From a virus (taxonomy: Duplodnaviria; Caudoviricetes), in the IMG/VR virus record IMGVR_UViG_3300021387_001157, positions 129,841 to 193,840 of that record: a DNA stretch of 64,000 nucleotides. One strand, written 5' to 3'. Under the pieces are notes generated by a model. The model searched no databases. It was given only the letters and a program-made list of their open reading frames with translations, and was not told the DNA's origin. Numbering within the stretch: position 1 is the first letter of the stretch; each line of letters starts with the position of its first letter. This document shows positions 11,119 through 19,566 of this stretch, piece by piece. A program made the position numbers and the translations under genes.

Positions 11119-11332
11119 ATAATTCCTCTTTTAATTCTTTCCAAGTAAGATTTCTATAACACATTGGATGAATATTGTTTTGAAGATTGAGATATGGATA
11201 AATCCAACCAGATTTATATAGACCATCAAAAGAAAAATTTTCATTCACTTTGAAAAAAGGACTTTCTTCATCTCCATGTTTTTCAACCATTTCATCCAAA
11301 AGAATCTTTAAAAGTTTATGCTTGTCAATCAT
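11105..11332 (-). CDS. hypothetical protein
   Basis: ORF overlapping its neighbour. Confidence 0.55.
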   Translation of the reverse strand: MIDKHKLLKILLDEMVEKHGDEESPFFKVNENFSFDGLYKSGWIYPYLNLQNNIHPMCYRNLTWKELKEELYEDK

Positions 11333-11343
11333 TTTGTTTTGTT

Positions 11344-11934
11344 TTAATATATATTTTTATCATGTTCTTGATGCCACTCATTAACAGACTTGTGCATCAA
11401 ACTCGGTTGAAGACCACCGTTTATACTCCAGTATTCATTCGGATAGTGTATACAGCTACTAGTTATACTATTGCCTTTATATTCAGCAACAGTTATTGCA
11501 AACGGGTTTTTATTATTTACAATATATTCCAATACTTCGTCACACTCTTTGTCTGACACAAAGTGTTTCGCCTCACATATGTTTCGTGTTGTGGTAAGTT
11601 CTCCGTCTTTGAAATCTTTTACAAAAAACGAATTTACATCACTATATAACATTGATGTACAAGAACGCCAAGGATGACCATAAACATATTCTGGAGTTAT
11701 TTTAAAGGTGATTATACATGTTTTGAGTTCTTCAAAGGCATGTTCAGATATGAGACCTAAACCAGGTACATAATACTTATACACAAATGGTGTTCTCATA
11801 AACCCACAATGTTCTTTCAATCTGCATTTAGTCATACAGAAATCATACATGTCTGCAACAGATGTGTAAGAATATCTGCACCGACATATATCTTTTAAAT
11901 TATTTACTTTTTTACACCATTCTTTATCTATCAT
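11344..11934 (-). CDS. hypothetical protein
   Basis: 196 aa ORF. Confidence 0.6.
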   Translation of the reverse strand: MIDKEWCKKVNNLKDICRCRYSYTSVADMYDFCMTKCRLKEHCGFMRTPFVYKYYVPGLGLISEHAFEELKTCIITFKITPEYVYGHPWRSCTSMLYSDVNSFFVKDFKDGELTTTRNICEAKHFVSDKECDEVLEYIVNNKNPFAITVAEYKGNSITSSCIHYPNEYWSINGGLQPSLMHKSVNEWHQEHDKNIY

Positions 11935-12217
11935 CTGTCATTATCCAATTTAACTCCATATTTAGATTCAAATTTTTCTTTCATAGCATTATATAAAGAT
12001 AAAACCGATTTTATATCGTTTAAATCAGATTCTTTTTGAAGTTAGTTGATTTCGAAAAAATCTTTGGCGACACCAATTTGTACCATATCATTTTTGTTAC
12101 TAAAAATTATGACATTCCCACATTCAATTCTACAAAAGAAACTATCTTTGAAAAAAAGTGTTCCTATTTTGCACGATTTAGAAATTCATCCATCATCAAC
12201 TAACTCTTTTTCTGTCA
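11931..12217 (-). pseudogene. hypothetical gene with two in-frame stops
   Basis: MTEKELVDDG*ISKSC...FFEIN*LQKE... one frame fills the intergenic gap. Confidence 0.45.
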
Positions 12218-12224
12218 TATTTTA

Positions 12225-12704
12225 TTAATTTTTAAATTCCCACAAATCTTTTTCTTTCAGTTCTATAATTCTTCCATCAACACGCTCGTCAAATGTTCCG
12301 TTTTTAATTTTTTCTTCTTGTTCGTCGGTGACGGCGGCATACATTCCCGAATGGATGGAACTTATACATGCTTCGTATTTACAGTCTTTATTTGAACATA
12401 TGTGTTCATATTTAAGTGGTGAAGTAAGGTATGCACCACCTTCTGTTTCTAATGGACTACCACACTCAGGACACCGTAAAACTATGTGTATCGGATGACG
12501 TGGTTCTACTTTTTCCACATCCCTAATTGGTCTAGACCATGGTTTATATTCAAACCGTGAATTCATTTCCTCCTTTGTTATCTCAATCTCGTAACCGTCA
12601 TTCATACGACACATCTTATGATACTCAGTATTTCCGATAACATACATTGCACCATTAAACCAAAAATCACCAGTTGATTTTTCAATAAATCTTTCTCTTT
12701 CCAT
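12225..12704 (-). CDS. zinc-ribbon protein
   Basis: CPECG..CSNKDC. Confidence 0.65.
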   Translation of the reverse strand: MERERFIEKSTGDFWFNGAMYVIGNTEYHKMCRMNDGYEIEITKEEMNSRFEYKPWSRPIRDVEKVEPRHPIHIVLRCPECGSPLETEGGAYLTSPLKYEHICSNKDCKYEACISSIHSGMYAAVTDEQEEKIKNGTFDERVDGRIIELKEKDLWEFKN

Positions 12705-12708
12705 ATTT

Positions 12709-12984
12709 TTATTGTTTTTTCTTTTCTTCGATTTGAATAAAATTTTGGAAAAGTTGTTTCGGTGTTATATGAAACTTTTTATTCAAGATATTGTCACTTC
12801 TACCGACATAGATGTCGTCATTGATATATTCTAACCAATAAGTTTCTCCTTTTGAAAATCCATTGAATGAATTTACACATCTAATGAATTTCCCAGAAAC
12901 ATATTCATACTTTTCGTTTTCTGTTTCTCGTGTGTTATCCGATATTTCTACCATTTTATCTTTTTTTATAAAAATCTCCATCAA
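12709..12984 (-). CDS. hypothetical protein
   Basis: ORF. Confidence 0.55.
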   Translation of the reverse strand: MMEIFIKKDKMVEISDNTRETENEKYEYVSGKFIRCVNSFNGFSKGETYWLEYINDDIYVGRSDNILNKKFHITPKQLFQNFIQIEEKKKQ

Positions 12985-13681
12985 TTATTTCCTCTTCGTT
13001 CATTTCTGTTCCATCATCAAAAACATATACCCAATCTTCATAATAATCATCAAACCTAATTTTGACAATTTCACCATATTCGGTCTCACCCTCATAGTCT
13101 GTTGTACACTCGTATTCTGCTAAAACATCACCAACATCGTAACGAGGTTCTTTACCACATATATACACAAACCGACTGTTTTTTTCACGGTTTATTGTAA
13201 TTGTGTCTTTTAATGTTGAACTTTTATCTGAAACAGTTGAATCAACATCAGACTGTGCAGAATCGTCTTCATAAAATCTTTTACCGGTTATTAACTGGTA
13301 AATAGTATCATATTTAGAATCCCCATCATTTACAACGGTTATACCTTTTTCTTTACAGAAATCATACTCATCTTGATATATCTCAATACTAGAAGCGACT
13401 CTTAGAATCAACTTTGTTTTTTTGATTTTATCAACAATATCGTGGAAAAGAATAAATCCGGTTTTCGTCCCAGCTTCACATCTTTTCAAATCAAATTTGT
13501 CTCCGACTGCTAAAAACATCGTACACACTATATGACTAAACTTCTCGAGTTCTTCGATATGTGACAATACATAATCGGGGTTATCATCAGTAACAACCTC
13601 TATTCCACGTTCTTTTAAAATATTTAACGAACATCCGTCGTAATACTTGTGGTTAGTTAACCATAAAACCTTTTTATCCAT
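12956..13681 (-). CDS. hypothetical two-domain protein
   Basis: 241 aa ORF. Confidence 0.6.
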   Translation of the reverse strand: MDKKVLWLTNHKYYDGCSLNILKERGIEVVTDDNPDYVLSHIEELEKFSHIVCTMFLAVGDKFDLKRCEAGTKTGFILFHDIVDKIKKTKLILRVASSIEIYQDEYDFCKEKGITVVNDGDSKYDTIYQLITGKRFYEDDSAQSDVDSTVSDKSSTLKDTITINREKNSRFVYICGKEPRYDVGDVLAEYECTTDYEGETEYGEIVKIRFDDYYEDWVYVFDDGTEMNEEEIIDGDFYKKR

Positions 13682-13714
13682 ATTTAAAAGATACTATTTT
13701 TTTACCAATCTTCA

Positions 13715-14071
13715 TCAATCAACATTTATTGAGAAACCATACTTGTCACAATATGTTTTCACAATATTGTCAAGTTCTGGTTTGAACTCGTGGTAATGTC
13801 TTTTTTGACTCAAATCCAAACTACATATGCTATTATTATGACTCTCCCAAAGCCATCCACGTAGTTCTTCTATGACTTCTGAATCGTTAATAAATTCATC
13901 GAGATTAAAATTCTTGTCATTCAACTTATCTTTTAAAAAATGTGAAACCCCCCTCACACATTCACAACAACAAATCTCAGAATACCAACTATCTGCTTTG
14001 GTTTCATCTTCTGTTTGATAGAAGTCTATATCAAACATTTTATATTTCCTATAATAAATTTTTATAACCAT
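13715..14071 (-). CDS. hypothetical protein
   Basis: ORF. Confidence 0.55.
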   Translation of the reverse strand: MVIKIYYRKYKMFDIDFYQTEDETKADSWYSEICCCECVRGVSHFLKDKLNDKNFNLDEFINDSEVIEELRGWLWESHNNSICSLDLSQKRHYHEFKPELDNIVKTYCDKYGFSINVD

Positions 14072-14077
14072 ATAACT

Positions 14078-14296
14078 TTATTTTTTACAATAACAACTTT
14101 CTGAATGAATTATAGACACACCACCATTTGAATGTGCTGCAACAACATATTTGTGACCGTCTTCTATAACAGTTCTCACATCAACATTATGTGAAGATAT
14201 ACGATAAGAGTACGATGAAGAAAATAAAATTATTAGAAGACATAAAACAAATCCTATTATAAAACTTTTCTTTTTCATATCTTTCTCCAATCCCAT
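14078..14296 (-). CDS. small secreted/membrane protein
   Basis: signal-like N-terminus. Confidence 0.55.
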   Translation of the reverse strand: MGLEKDMKKKSFIIGFVLCLLIILFSSSYSYRISSHNVDVRTVIEDGHKYVVAAHSNGGVSIIHSESCYCKK

Positions 14297-14676
14297 TTTC
14301 CGTTAAGACACCCCCATTCCTTAACCTCTCCATCAATATTTGTCCTTATATTTTCACTGAAATAACCGGTGTGGTTTTCACAAGCAAATCCCATTTTCAA
14401 TGGACAACTATCATCCCCACGTTTTGGACAATTTGTAAAACAAGAATTTCCATATTTTTCATTCATTGTTTCATCTATTGTCTTTTCCGTTTTTATTCTG
14501 TCCACAGGAAACCAGTTCCAATAACCATTAAGACACCCCCATTCGTTTAAGATGCCATTAATCATTGTTTTTTTACCTGTTAGAAAAATACCTTCATGAT
14601 TTTTACACGTAGAACAATCACCCCTCATCAAGGGACAATACGTACAATCTTTTGAATGTTTGCAAAAATTATTCAT
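14275..14676 (-). CDS. Cys-rich protein with internal duplication
   Basis: two copies of CPL..G..C.NH.G.F...EWGCLNG.W.W. Confidence 0.65.
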   Translation of the reverse strand: MNNFCKHSKDCTYCPLMRGDCSTCKNHEGIFLTGKKTMINGILNEWGCLNGYWNWFPVDRIKTEKTIDETMNEKYGNSCFTNCPKRGDDSCPLKMGFACENHTGYFSENIRTNIDGEVKEWGCLNGKWDWRKI

Positions 14677-14713
14677 AGTGATAAAATATTAAACTTCATA
14701 CTAAATATAACAA

Positions 14714-14740
14714 AAAAAGGGTACAGAATGTACCCTTTTT
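14714..14740 (-). terminator. intrinsic terminator overlapping a TTTTGTTATATTTA promoter-like motif
   Basis: AAAAAAGGGTACA-GAA-TGTACCCTTTTT; same arrangement at about 15605-15640. Confidence 0.6.
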
Positions 14741-14799
14741 ATATTTTTTTCAACAAGGGTGTGACACCCATTGAGATATTGAAGACAGGATATTTTTTG

Positions 14800-14872
<73 letters not shown>

Positions 14873-14906
14873 ATTTAGTCAATATTTCTATCGACTAATT
14901 TATATT

Positions 14907-15560
14907 TTACCAATTGAAAGCATAACCAAATCTTTCGTCTGGACGATTTGGAACTGGATACACGGGGTTATACGATGAAACAGAACCATCAACAGAAGAT
15001 ACATATGCTTGTACGTCTTGATTTCCAAAGATGTATAAAGGTTCCTTTTCGATTTGACCAGATTCTTTACGAAGGACACAGTGTCTTGAATGTGGTTTTA
15101 CACAATTTGCTCTCATCATTGCATCATAGGCGTGTGCAAAATCAATTCCCATAGGGTTAAATTTGTTCATTGGTTCGTCACCAAGCCAAAGACTGCTCGG
15201 AATTGAGTCATAGATTGTCGAGTCTACAGTATGTGTTATCAAATATATATCCATATCTCCAGACATTGAATCGGGTGCAAACGTAACAACTGAGAATATG
15301 TTTGTAACACTTGCAATATCGAAAACATCAGAGGAATCAATCCAGTCCTTTGAATCAATACAGCACTCGAGCCAACGATAGTCTTTGAAATTTACAGTCA
15401 TATACTCATTGTCAAGCATAATTGCTTTTTCAACGTCGACACCGGTAACATTATATGTAAGTGTATCATTTTCACCATCATTCTCTTGATGGCAAGAACT
15501 GCAAGAAATCGTAAAGACGGTAAGAAAAACCATCATCATAACAGTAAAAATCTTTTTCAT
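14907..15560 (-). CDS. lipoprotein
   Basis: signal peptide with lipobox-like Cys (ISCSSC). Confidence 0.7.
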   Translation of the reverse strand: MKKIFTVMMMVFLTVFTISCSSCHQENDGENDTLTYNVTGVDVEKAIMLDNEYMTVNFKDYRWLECCIDSKDWIDSSDVFDIASVTNIFSVVTFAPDSMSGDMDIYLITHTVDSTIYDSIPSSLWLGDEPMNKFNPMGIDFAHAYDAMMRANCVKPHSRHCVLRKESGQIEKEPLYIFGNQDVQAYVSSVDGSVSSYNPVYPVPNRPDERFGYAFNW

Positions 15561-15685
15561 TTTTTGTGTATTTTTGTATATTATTATTTATTGTTTTGTA
15601 ATCTAAATATAACAAAAAAGGTGTGATTTTTCACACCTAGATACAAATCTGACTTGGTTTTTTCATATTGTTATATTTGATTTTG

Positions 15686-16056
15686 TGACACCGGTGGGAC
15701 TCGAACCCACGACCCCAGCATTAACTTACCACACTTGCTTTTATACAAGTCATCTCATTGAGACGTTGTAGTCTGGACTATTTCTTAACCATGCTTTACA
15801 GTTTAGGTCTCCACCTATATAGTCTCTACGCCATTTACACATTTCTGTGCTTTAGAGAGCCGTCGCCAAAGTCTATGTCACCATAGACGAGGTTTCCGTT
15901 TGTTAGGGTGGATTCTACATCCCGACAGCATTAATTGTCGTTTTCTCCTTTCAGAAAGGATGCACTCTTTTTTGATTATGTTCTTTTCCATAAACTTTGT
16001 TATGAAAAGCACAAATCAGTCAAAGTGCCGTGCTCTACCTACTGAGCTACGGTGTC
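15686..16056 (-). tRNA. tRNA-Lys(UUU) interrupted by a group I intron
   Basis: exons join to CGGCA-CTT|TTAA-TGCTG. Confidence 0.85.
15725..16022 (-). ncRNA. group I intron (298 nt) in tRNA-Lys(UUU)
   Basis: GAGACTA (R) and AAGAAATAGTCC (S) core elements; terminal G; 5' exon ends in U. Confidence 0.8.
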
Positions 16057-16376
16057 AAATTGACAGAAGTTCTTCAAGTTTTTCATTTTTTGTTCTGACT
16101 TGTGTCGACAAACTTGTGTATCGGTGAATACTTTCATTCGGCTCTGTCAAACCGTCCAAAAAAACTATCACAACTCTGGACTCTCTTCAGCATCCCTTTG
16201 AAGTCTTATGAGTCTTCGATTCTCGACAGGACACCACTCCCAAAGAAAGTGTTTTAGAGCTCATTATACACAATCTATCGAGGAAAAATCTGCTTCGGAT
16301 GCATCGTGGGTTATCCCCTACCACGGGTAGAATGTTTATCGTCTCACATACCATTGACGTTAGCGAAACTATTTTG

Positions 16377-16449
16377 CATGACTCGGGGACTCGAACCTCC
16401 ATCTCCACAGTTGGACCCGTGTTGTTCTACCGAATTAAACTATCGCCAC
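16377..16449 (-). tRNA. degenerate tRNA-like gene
   Basis: D and T arms present; 6-nt loop GTCCAA; mismatched acceptor stem. Confidence 0.5.
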
Positions 16450-16476
16450 TAGACGAGGTTTTGGACACCTCGTTTG

Positions 16477-16619
16477 TGATAATGGGTGGATTCGAACCAC
16501 CATAGCCAAGAGTCTTTTCGTCTCAGTCAAGTATAGACCATGCTATCGTGGATAGTCTATATGACCTTCAAACGATTACTAATTAATCTTGTAGCACATC
16601 CTATCTGCTTCACACTATC
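16477..16619 (-). ncRNA. tRNA-scaffold RNA with expanded anticodon domain
   Basis: acceptor GATAGTG/CATTATC; T arm GGTGG-TTCGAAT-CCACC; long structured middle. Confidence 0.6.
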
Positions 16620-16627
16620 ATATTTTG

Positions 16628-16766
16628 CAGGAGTGGGAGGATTCGAACCACCGTCTACGGTTTTGTGACTATATATCAATTTCTCAATATATAACCTAGA
16701 ATTAAAGGCTCTCACAGGACCTCACCCTGTATGGAGACCGTCATTCTGCCACTGAACTACACTCCT
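16628..16766 (-). tRNA. tRNA-Trp(CCA) with 68-nt insert in the anticodon loop (about 16664-16731)
   Basis: exons join to ACGGT-CTCCA|AA-ACCGT. Confidence 0.8.
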
Positions 16767-16773
16767 ATATTTG

Positions 16774-16880
16774 ATACGACACTGAGATTCGAACTCTAAA
16801 CCCCTTCACCCATTTAAGGGAGTTATCTGACCGTCGTCAGTCCCAGCATTGGGAGTGTGCTACTATTACACCATATCGTA
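16774..16880 (-). ncRNA. tRNA-scaffold RNA with branched anticodon domain
   Basis: acceptor TACGATA/TGTCGTA, D arm and T loop TTCGAAT; no canonical anticodon loop. Confidence 0.6.
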
Positions 16881-16886
16881 ATTTTG

Positions 16887-16960
16887 GGTGGTAAGTGAGA
16901 TTCGAACTCACACTTCCGGTTCCACAGACCGACGTGCTAACCATTAACACTATAACCACC
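16887..16960 (-). tRNA. tRNA-His(GUG)
   Basis: loop CT GTG GA; G-1:C73. Confidence 0.9.
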
Positions 16961-16970
16961 ATATTTTTTG

Positions 16971-17044
16971 TTGCCATGATGGGACTCGAACCCACGACCA
17001 CCTGCATATCCGGCAGGTGCTCTAACCGTCTGAGATACATGACA
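16971..17044 (-). tRNA. tRNA-Ile(GAU), atypical G33
   Basis: loop CG GAT AT. Confidence 0.75.
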
Positions 17045-17126
17045 GATGACATGCCAACAATGCATAAAATTAAGTCCTAATCAACCATCACGTGTTTTGG
17101 TTTTTCGAAAATAACCCGATACATCG

Positions 17127-17200
17127 TACCGTCGGGTGGATTTGAACCACCGAATGCAGCCTTATGAGAGCTGTGTCTTAGACCACTTGACGACGACGGC
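17127..17200 (-). tRNA. tRNA-Met/Ile2(CAU)
   Basis: loop CT CAT AA. Confidence 0.9.
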
Positions 17201-17208
17201 ATATAAAT

Positions 17209-17322
17209 TCAGACGATGAGACTTGAACCCATACTCCAATGCAGGAACCGGTTTTTCTTGGAAATTGCTGACTTATTCTTTACATTGACCAAGAATATCC
17301 CTAATTCGACCAGCGTGTCTAC
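17209..17322 (-). ncRNA. degenerate tRNA-like RNA carrying a variant stem+CAGCAA module
   Basis: T arm ATGGG-TTCAAGT-CTCAT; ATTCTTGG..AAAGAATAAGTCAGCAA. Confidence 0.45.
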
Positions 17323-17332
17323 CTTTCACTTG

Positions 17333-17406
17333 TACCCACGATGGGACTCGAACCCACAAATCCTACATCCTAAGTGTAGTGCCTATTCCAATTCGGCTAC
17401 GAGGGT
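17333..17406 (-). tRNA. tRNA-Leu(UAG) with short variable loop
   Basis: loop CT TAG GA; 5-nt variable region. Confidence 0.85.
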
Positions 17407-17416
17407 GTTTTATTAG

Positions 17417-17591
17417 TGGAGTTATGTGGATTCGAACTTCATCTTCCAAACATCCATCAATGTTCCTTTGACAAATGTAAGGTCTGATGAAGGGGGCAAA
17501 AGTTTTATAAAACCCCCACACACCCTCCTGTAACAAGTCTGTACACAACCATTACAGCCGGCTTCCAGCCCGTTTAAGAGAACTTAACCCC
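17417..17591 (-). ncRNA. Ala-acceptor (G3.U70) tRNA/tmRNA-like RNA, about 175 nt
   Basis: GGGGTTA/TAACTCC-A acceptor; TTCGAAT T loop. Confidence 0.55.
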
Positions 17592-17602
17592 GTTTTTTTT
17601 TG

Positions 17603-17674
17603 AGCAGGTGATGGTAATCGAAACCACATATCCAGCTTGGAAGGCTGGCATACTAACCATTGTACTACACCTGC
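17603..17674 (-). tRNA. tRNA-Gly(UCC)
   Basis: loop CT TCC AA. Confidence 0.9.
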
Positions 17675-17687
17675 TTGTTAAATATAC

Positions 17688-17829
17688 AAGAACCGACCGG
17701 ACTCGAACCTGCACTGACTGTCGTATTAAAACCTTTCGGTCTACCGTCCTACATTTACAAGGGACTCACCCCTTTCCAGTACTCATACAATTCGTGGCGA
17801 GAGTATACCAATTCCTCCTCACAGTCCTT
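17688..17829 (-). ncRNA. tRNA-scaffold RNA with multi-hairpin insert
   Basis: acceptor AGGACTG/CGGTTCT; D arm with TGG; T loop TTCGAGT. Confidence 0.6.
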
Positions 17830-17838
17830 GTCTATTTG

Positions 17839-17915
17839 TGTTGCTGGTTGGATTCGAACCAACGACCTTCTGTGTATCAGACAGATGCTCTAAAAACCAA
17901 CTGAGCTACAGCAAC
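17839..17915 (-). tRNA. tRNA-Ile(GAU)
   Basis: loop CT GAT AC. Confidence 0.9.
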
Positions 17916-17923
17916 ATATTCTG

Positions 17924-18100
17924 TGGTGAGGGTAGGATTCGAACCTACGAACTCCGAAGAGGGCAGATTGCTCTGTATGCCAGACTCGAACTGACTATTT
18001 ATGTTTATCATAAATTCTCCCGAATGAGTTTATACAGAGTTTGATTTTCAGTTTTCTCTGTATTACAGTCTGCTGCCATTAACCACTCGGCCACCTCACC
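17924..18100 (-). tRNA. tRNA-Tyr(GUA) with 94-nt anticodon-loop insert (about 17969-18062)
   Basis: exons join to GCAGA-CTGTAA|A-TCTGC; long variable arm. Confidence 0.85.
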
Positions 18101-18290
18101 AAATTTGCAAGCTACAAACGTTTTCTCGGAACTTAACTTGCTGTGTTGTACTTCCACAATAGTTTTGGGTGCTTTATCCTCACACCTCGTGGTTCTGATT
18201 TATCTAGTCAATTCAGAACAAACCCTGCTTTGCTCCGTTCCAATGCACTTATTGTCTTTGGCACTAGAATCGCTTAACAGTACAATCTTG

Positions 18291-18367
18291 TGCAGACAAT
18301 GGGACTCGAACCCATAACCACCCACCGGTTTAGAGCAGGCACTCTACCATCATTGAGTTATGTCCAC
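18291..18367 (-). tRNA. atypical tRNA, possible CUA (amber) anticodon
   Basis: good acceptor, D and T arms; CTCTAAA in an imperfect anticodon arm. Confidence 0.5.
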
Positions 18368-18372
18368 TTTTG

Positions 18373-18446
18373 TGGGACCGAGCCGATTTGAACGGATACC
18401 TCCAGATTTTCAGTCTGGCGTGACACACCAGTTACACCACAGTCCC
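18373..18446 (-). tRNA. tRNA-Phe(GAA)
   Basis: loop CT GAA AA. Confidence 0.85.
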
Positions 18447-18481
18447 AATTTGAGGTTTTTGATGAACCTCTTAACATTTTG

Positions 18482-18604
18482 TCGGGAGGGTGGGACTCGA
18501 ACCCACGACCACGGCTACCCAAAAGCTATTAGAAAAACGTTGCTGTTTGATTCTTTACCAAGAATCTATCATTTACGTGCTCTAACCAACTGAGCTACCT
18601 CCCG
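18482..18604 (-). tRNA. tRNA-Pro(UGG) with 49-nt insert in the anticodon stem (18527-18575)
   Basis: removing the insert gives CG|GCT-TTTGGGT-AGCCG. Confidence 0.8.
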
Positions 18605-18616
18605 TTCTTAAAAAAA

Positions 18617-18704
18617 GCAGACCCGCTTACCAACTACTTGACCGAGGGCTGTCTCCCCTTTCGAGGTGCCTTCGTTGGTGGACTTGAACCACTCCCATAT
18701 CTGC
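18617..18704 (-). ncRNA. circularly permuted tRNA-like (YrlA-like) RNA
   Basis: closing stem GCAGAT/GTCTGC; T arm first, then a hairpin, then D-loop-like AGTTGGTAA. Confidence 0.5.
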
Positions 18705-18709
18705 TATTG

Positions 18710-18784
18710 TGGGACCCCAGGGAGTTGAACCCCAGCCTCCGGATTTTCAGTCCGGCGTACAATTACCACCTATACGAGAGTCCC
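18710..18784 (-). tRNA. tRNA-Phe(GAA)
   Basis: loop CT GAA AA. Confidence 0.85.
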
Positions 18785-18907
18785 AAAAAAACGAGTATAT
18801 ACTTATGAATCCTCGTCATCCTATATACCCCACGACCAAACTAAACGTGTTGACCTGCTCCATAGTTTACTTAATGGCCTCCAGTATAAGCGAATGTACT
18901 CGTTTGT

Positions 18908-18978
18908 GAAATATGGTGGGACTTGAACCCACGGCCTCCCCCGGCGGGGGGTGCTCTACCAACTGAGCTACACAATCA
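18908..18978 (-). ncRNA. tRNA-like RNA with a 4-nt anticodon loop
   Basis: canonical D and T arms; CCCCC-CGCC-GGGGG arm. Confidence 0.65.
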
Positions 18979-19131
18979 CTTCCGAATCACATGGAAAATG
19001 GTTCTTTATAGTACCAATAACCTTGTTTCCACCAGTTAGGTCAGGAACATACCTCCGCCTATTTCTACCAAGACGGCTAATCCTCATCCTTTTATATCGC
19101 CCGACGAGGAACGGGCTATCACATGTGAGAG

Positions 19132-19205
19132 TGGACCACGATGGGATTCGAACCCACGACCCTCTGACTGCCAGTCAGATGCTCTACCGACTGAGCTACG
19201 AGCCC
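19132..19205 (-). tRNA. tRNA-Ala(GGC)
   Basis: loop CT GGC AG; G3.U70; 1-nt acceptor bulge. Confidence 0.85.
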
Positions 19206-19241
19206 ATGAAAATTGAGTTGTTTAAGGTCTAACTCAAGACT

Positions 19242-19523
19242 AACGACCGGGGCTGTCATCGATTCCACCATCCGATTTTATACGACATCGGAAAACGTTA
19301 GCGGAGAGAGTGGGACTCGAACCCACGACTACGGTCGTGACAGGACATTGAAGAACGTTGCTGTATGATTCTTTTTCAAGAATACTCTATTTACGTGTTC
19401 TACCAACTGAACTACCTCTCCATTTTGAGTTGTTTTAAGTCCAACCCAAACGACTGGGGCTTGCCGGTTTGAATCCGACGAGCGGTTCCACCATCCGATT
19501 TTATACGACATCGGAAAACGTTA
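19242..19523 (-). repeat. duplicated structured element (19242-19300 and about 19450-19523)
   Basis: AACGTTTTCCGATGTCGTATAAAATCGGATGGTGGAA..GCCCC.GTCGTT occurs twice. Confidence 0.75.
19302..19421 (-). tRNA. tRNA-Asp(GUC) with 47-nt insert in the anticodon stem (19347-19393)
   Basis: removing the insert gives CG|GTC-CTGTCAC-GACCG. Confidence 0.8.
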
Positions 19524-19566
19524 ACAAGAATCCATAGAATAGTTCAGTAAAATATAGAAAAATATT

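Noticed and set aside
19060-19120. HDV-like/theta ribozyme call
   Set aside because: The loop resembles L3 (TTCCTCG), but P1', the GG of P1.1 and J4/2 could not be identified.
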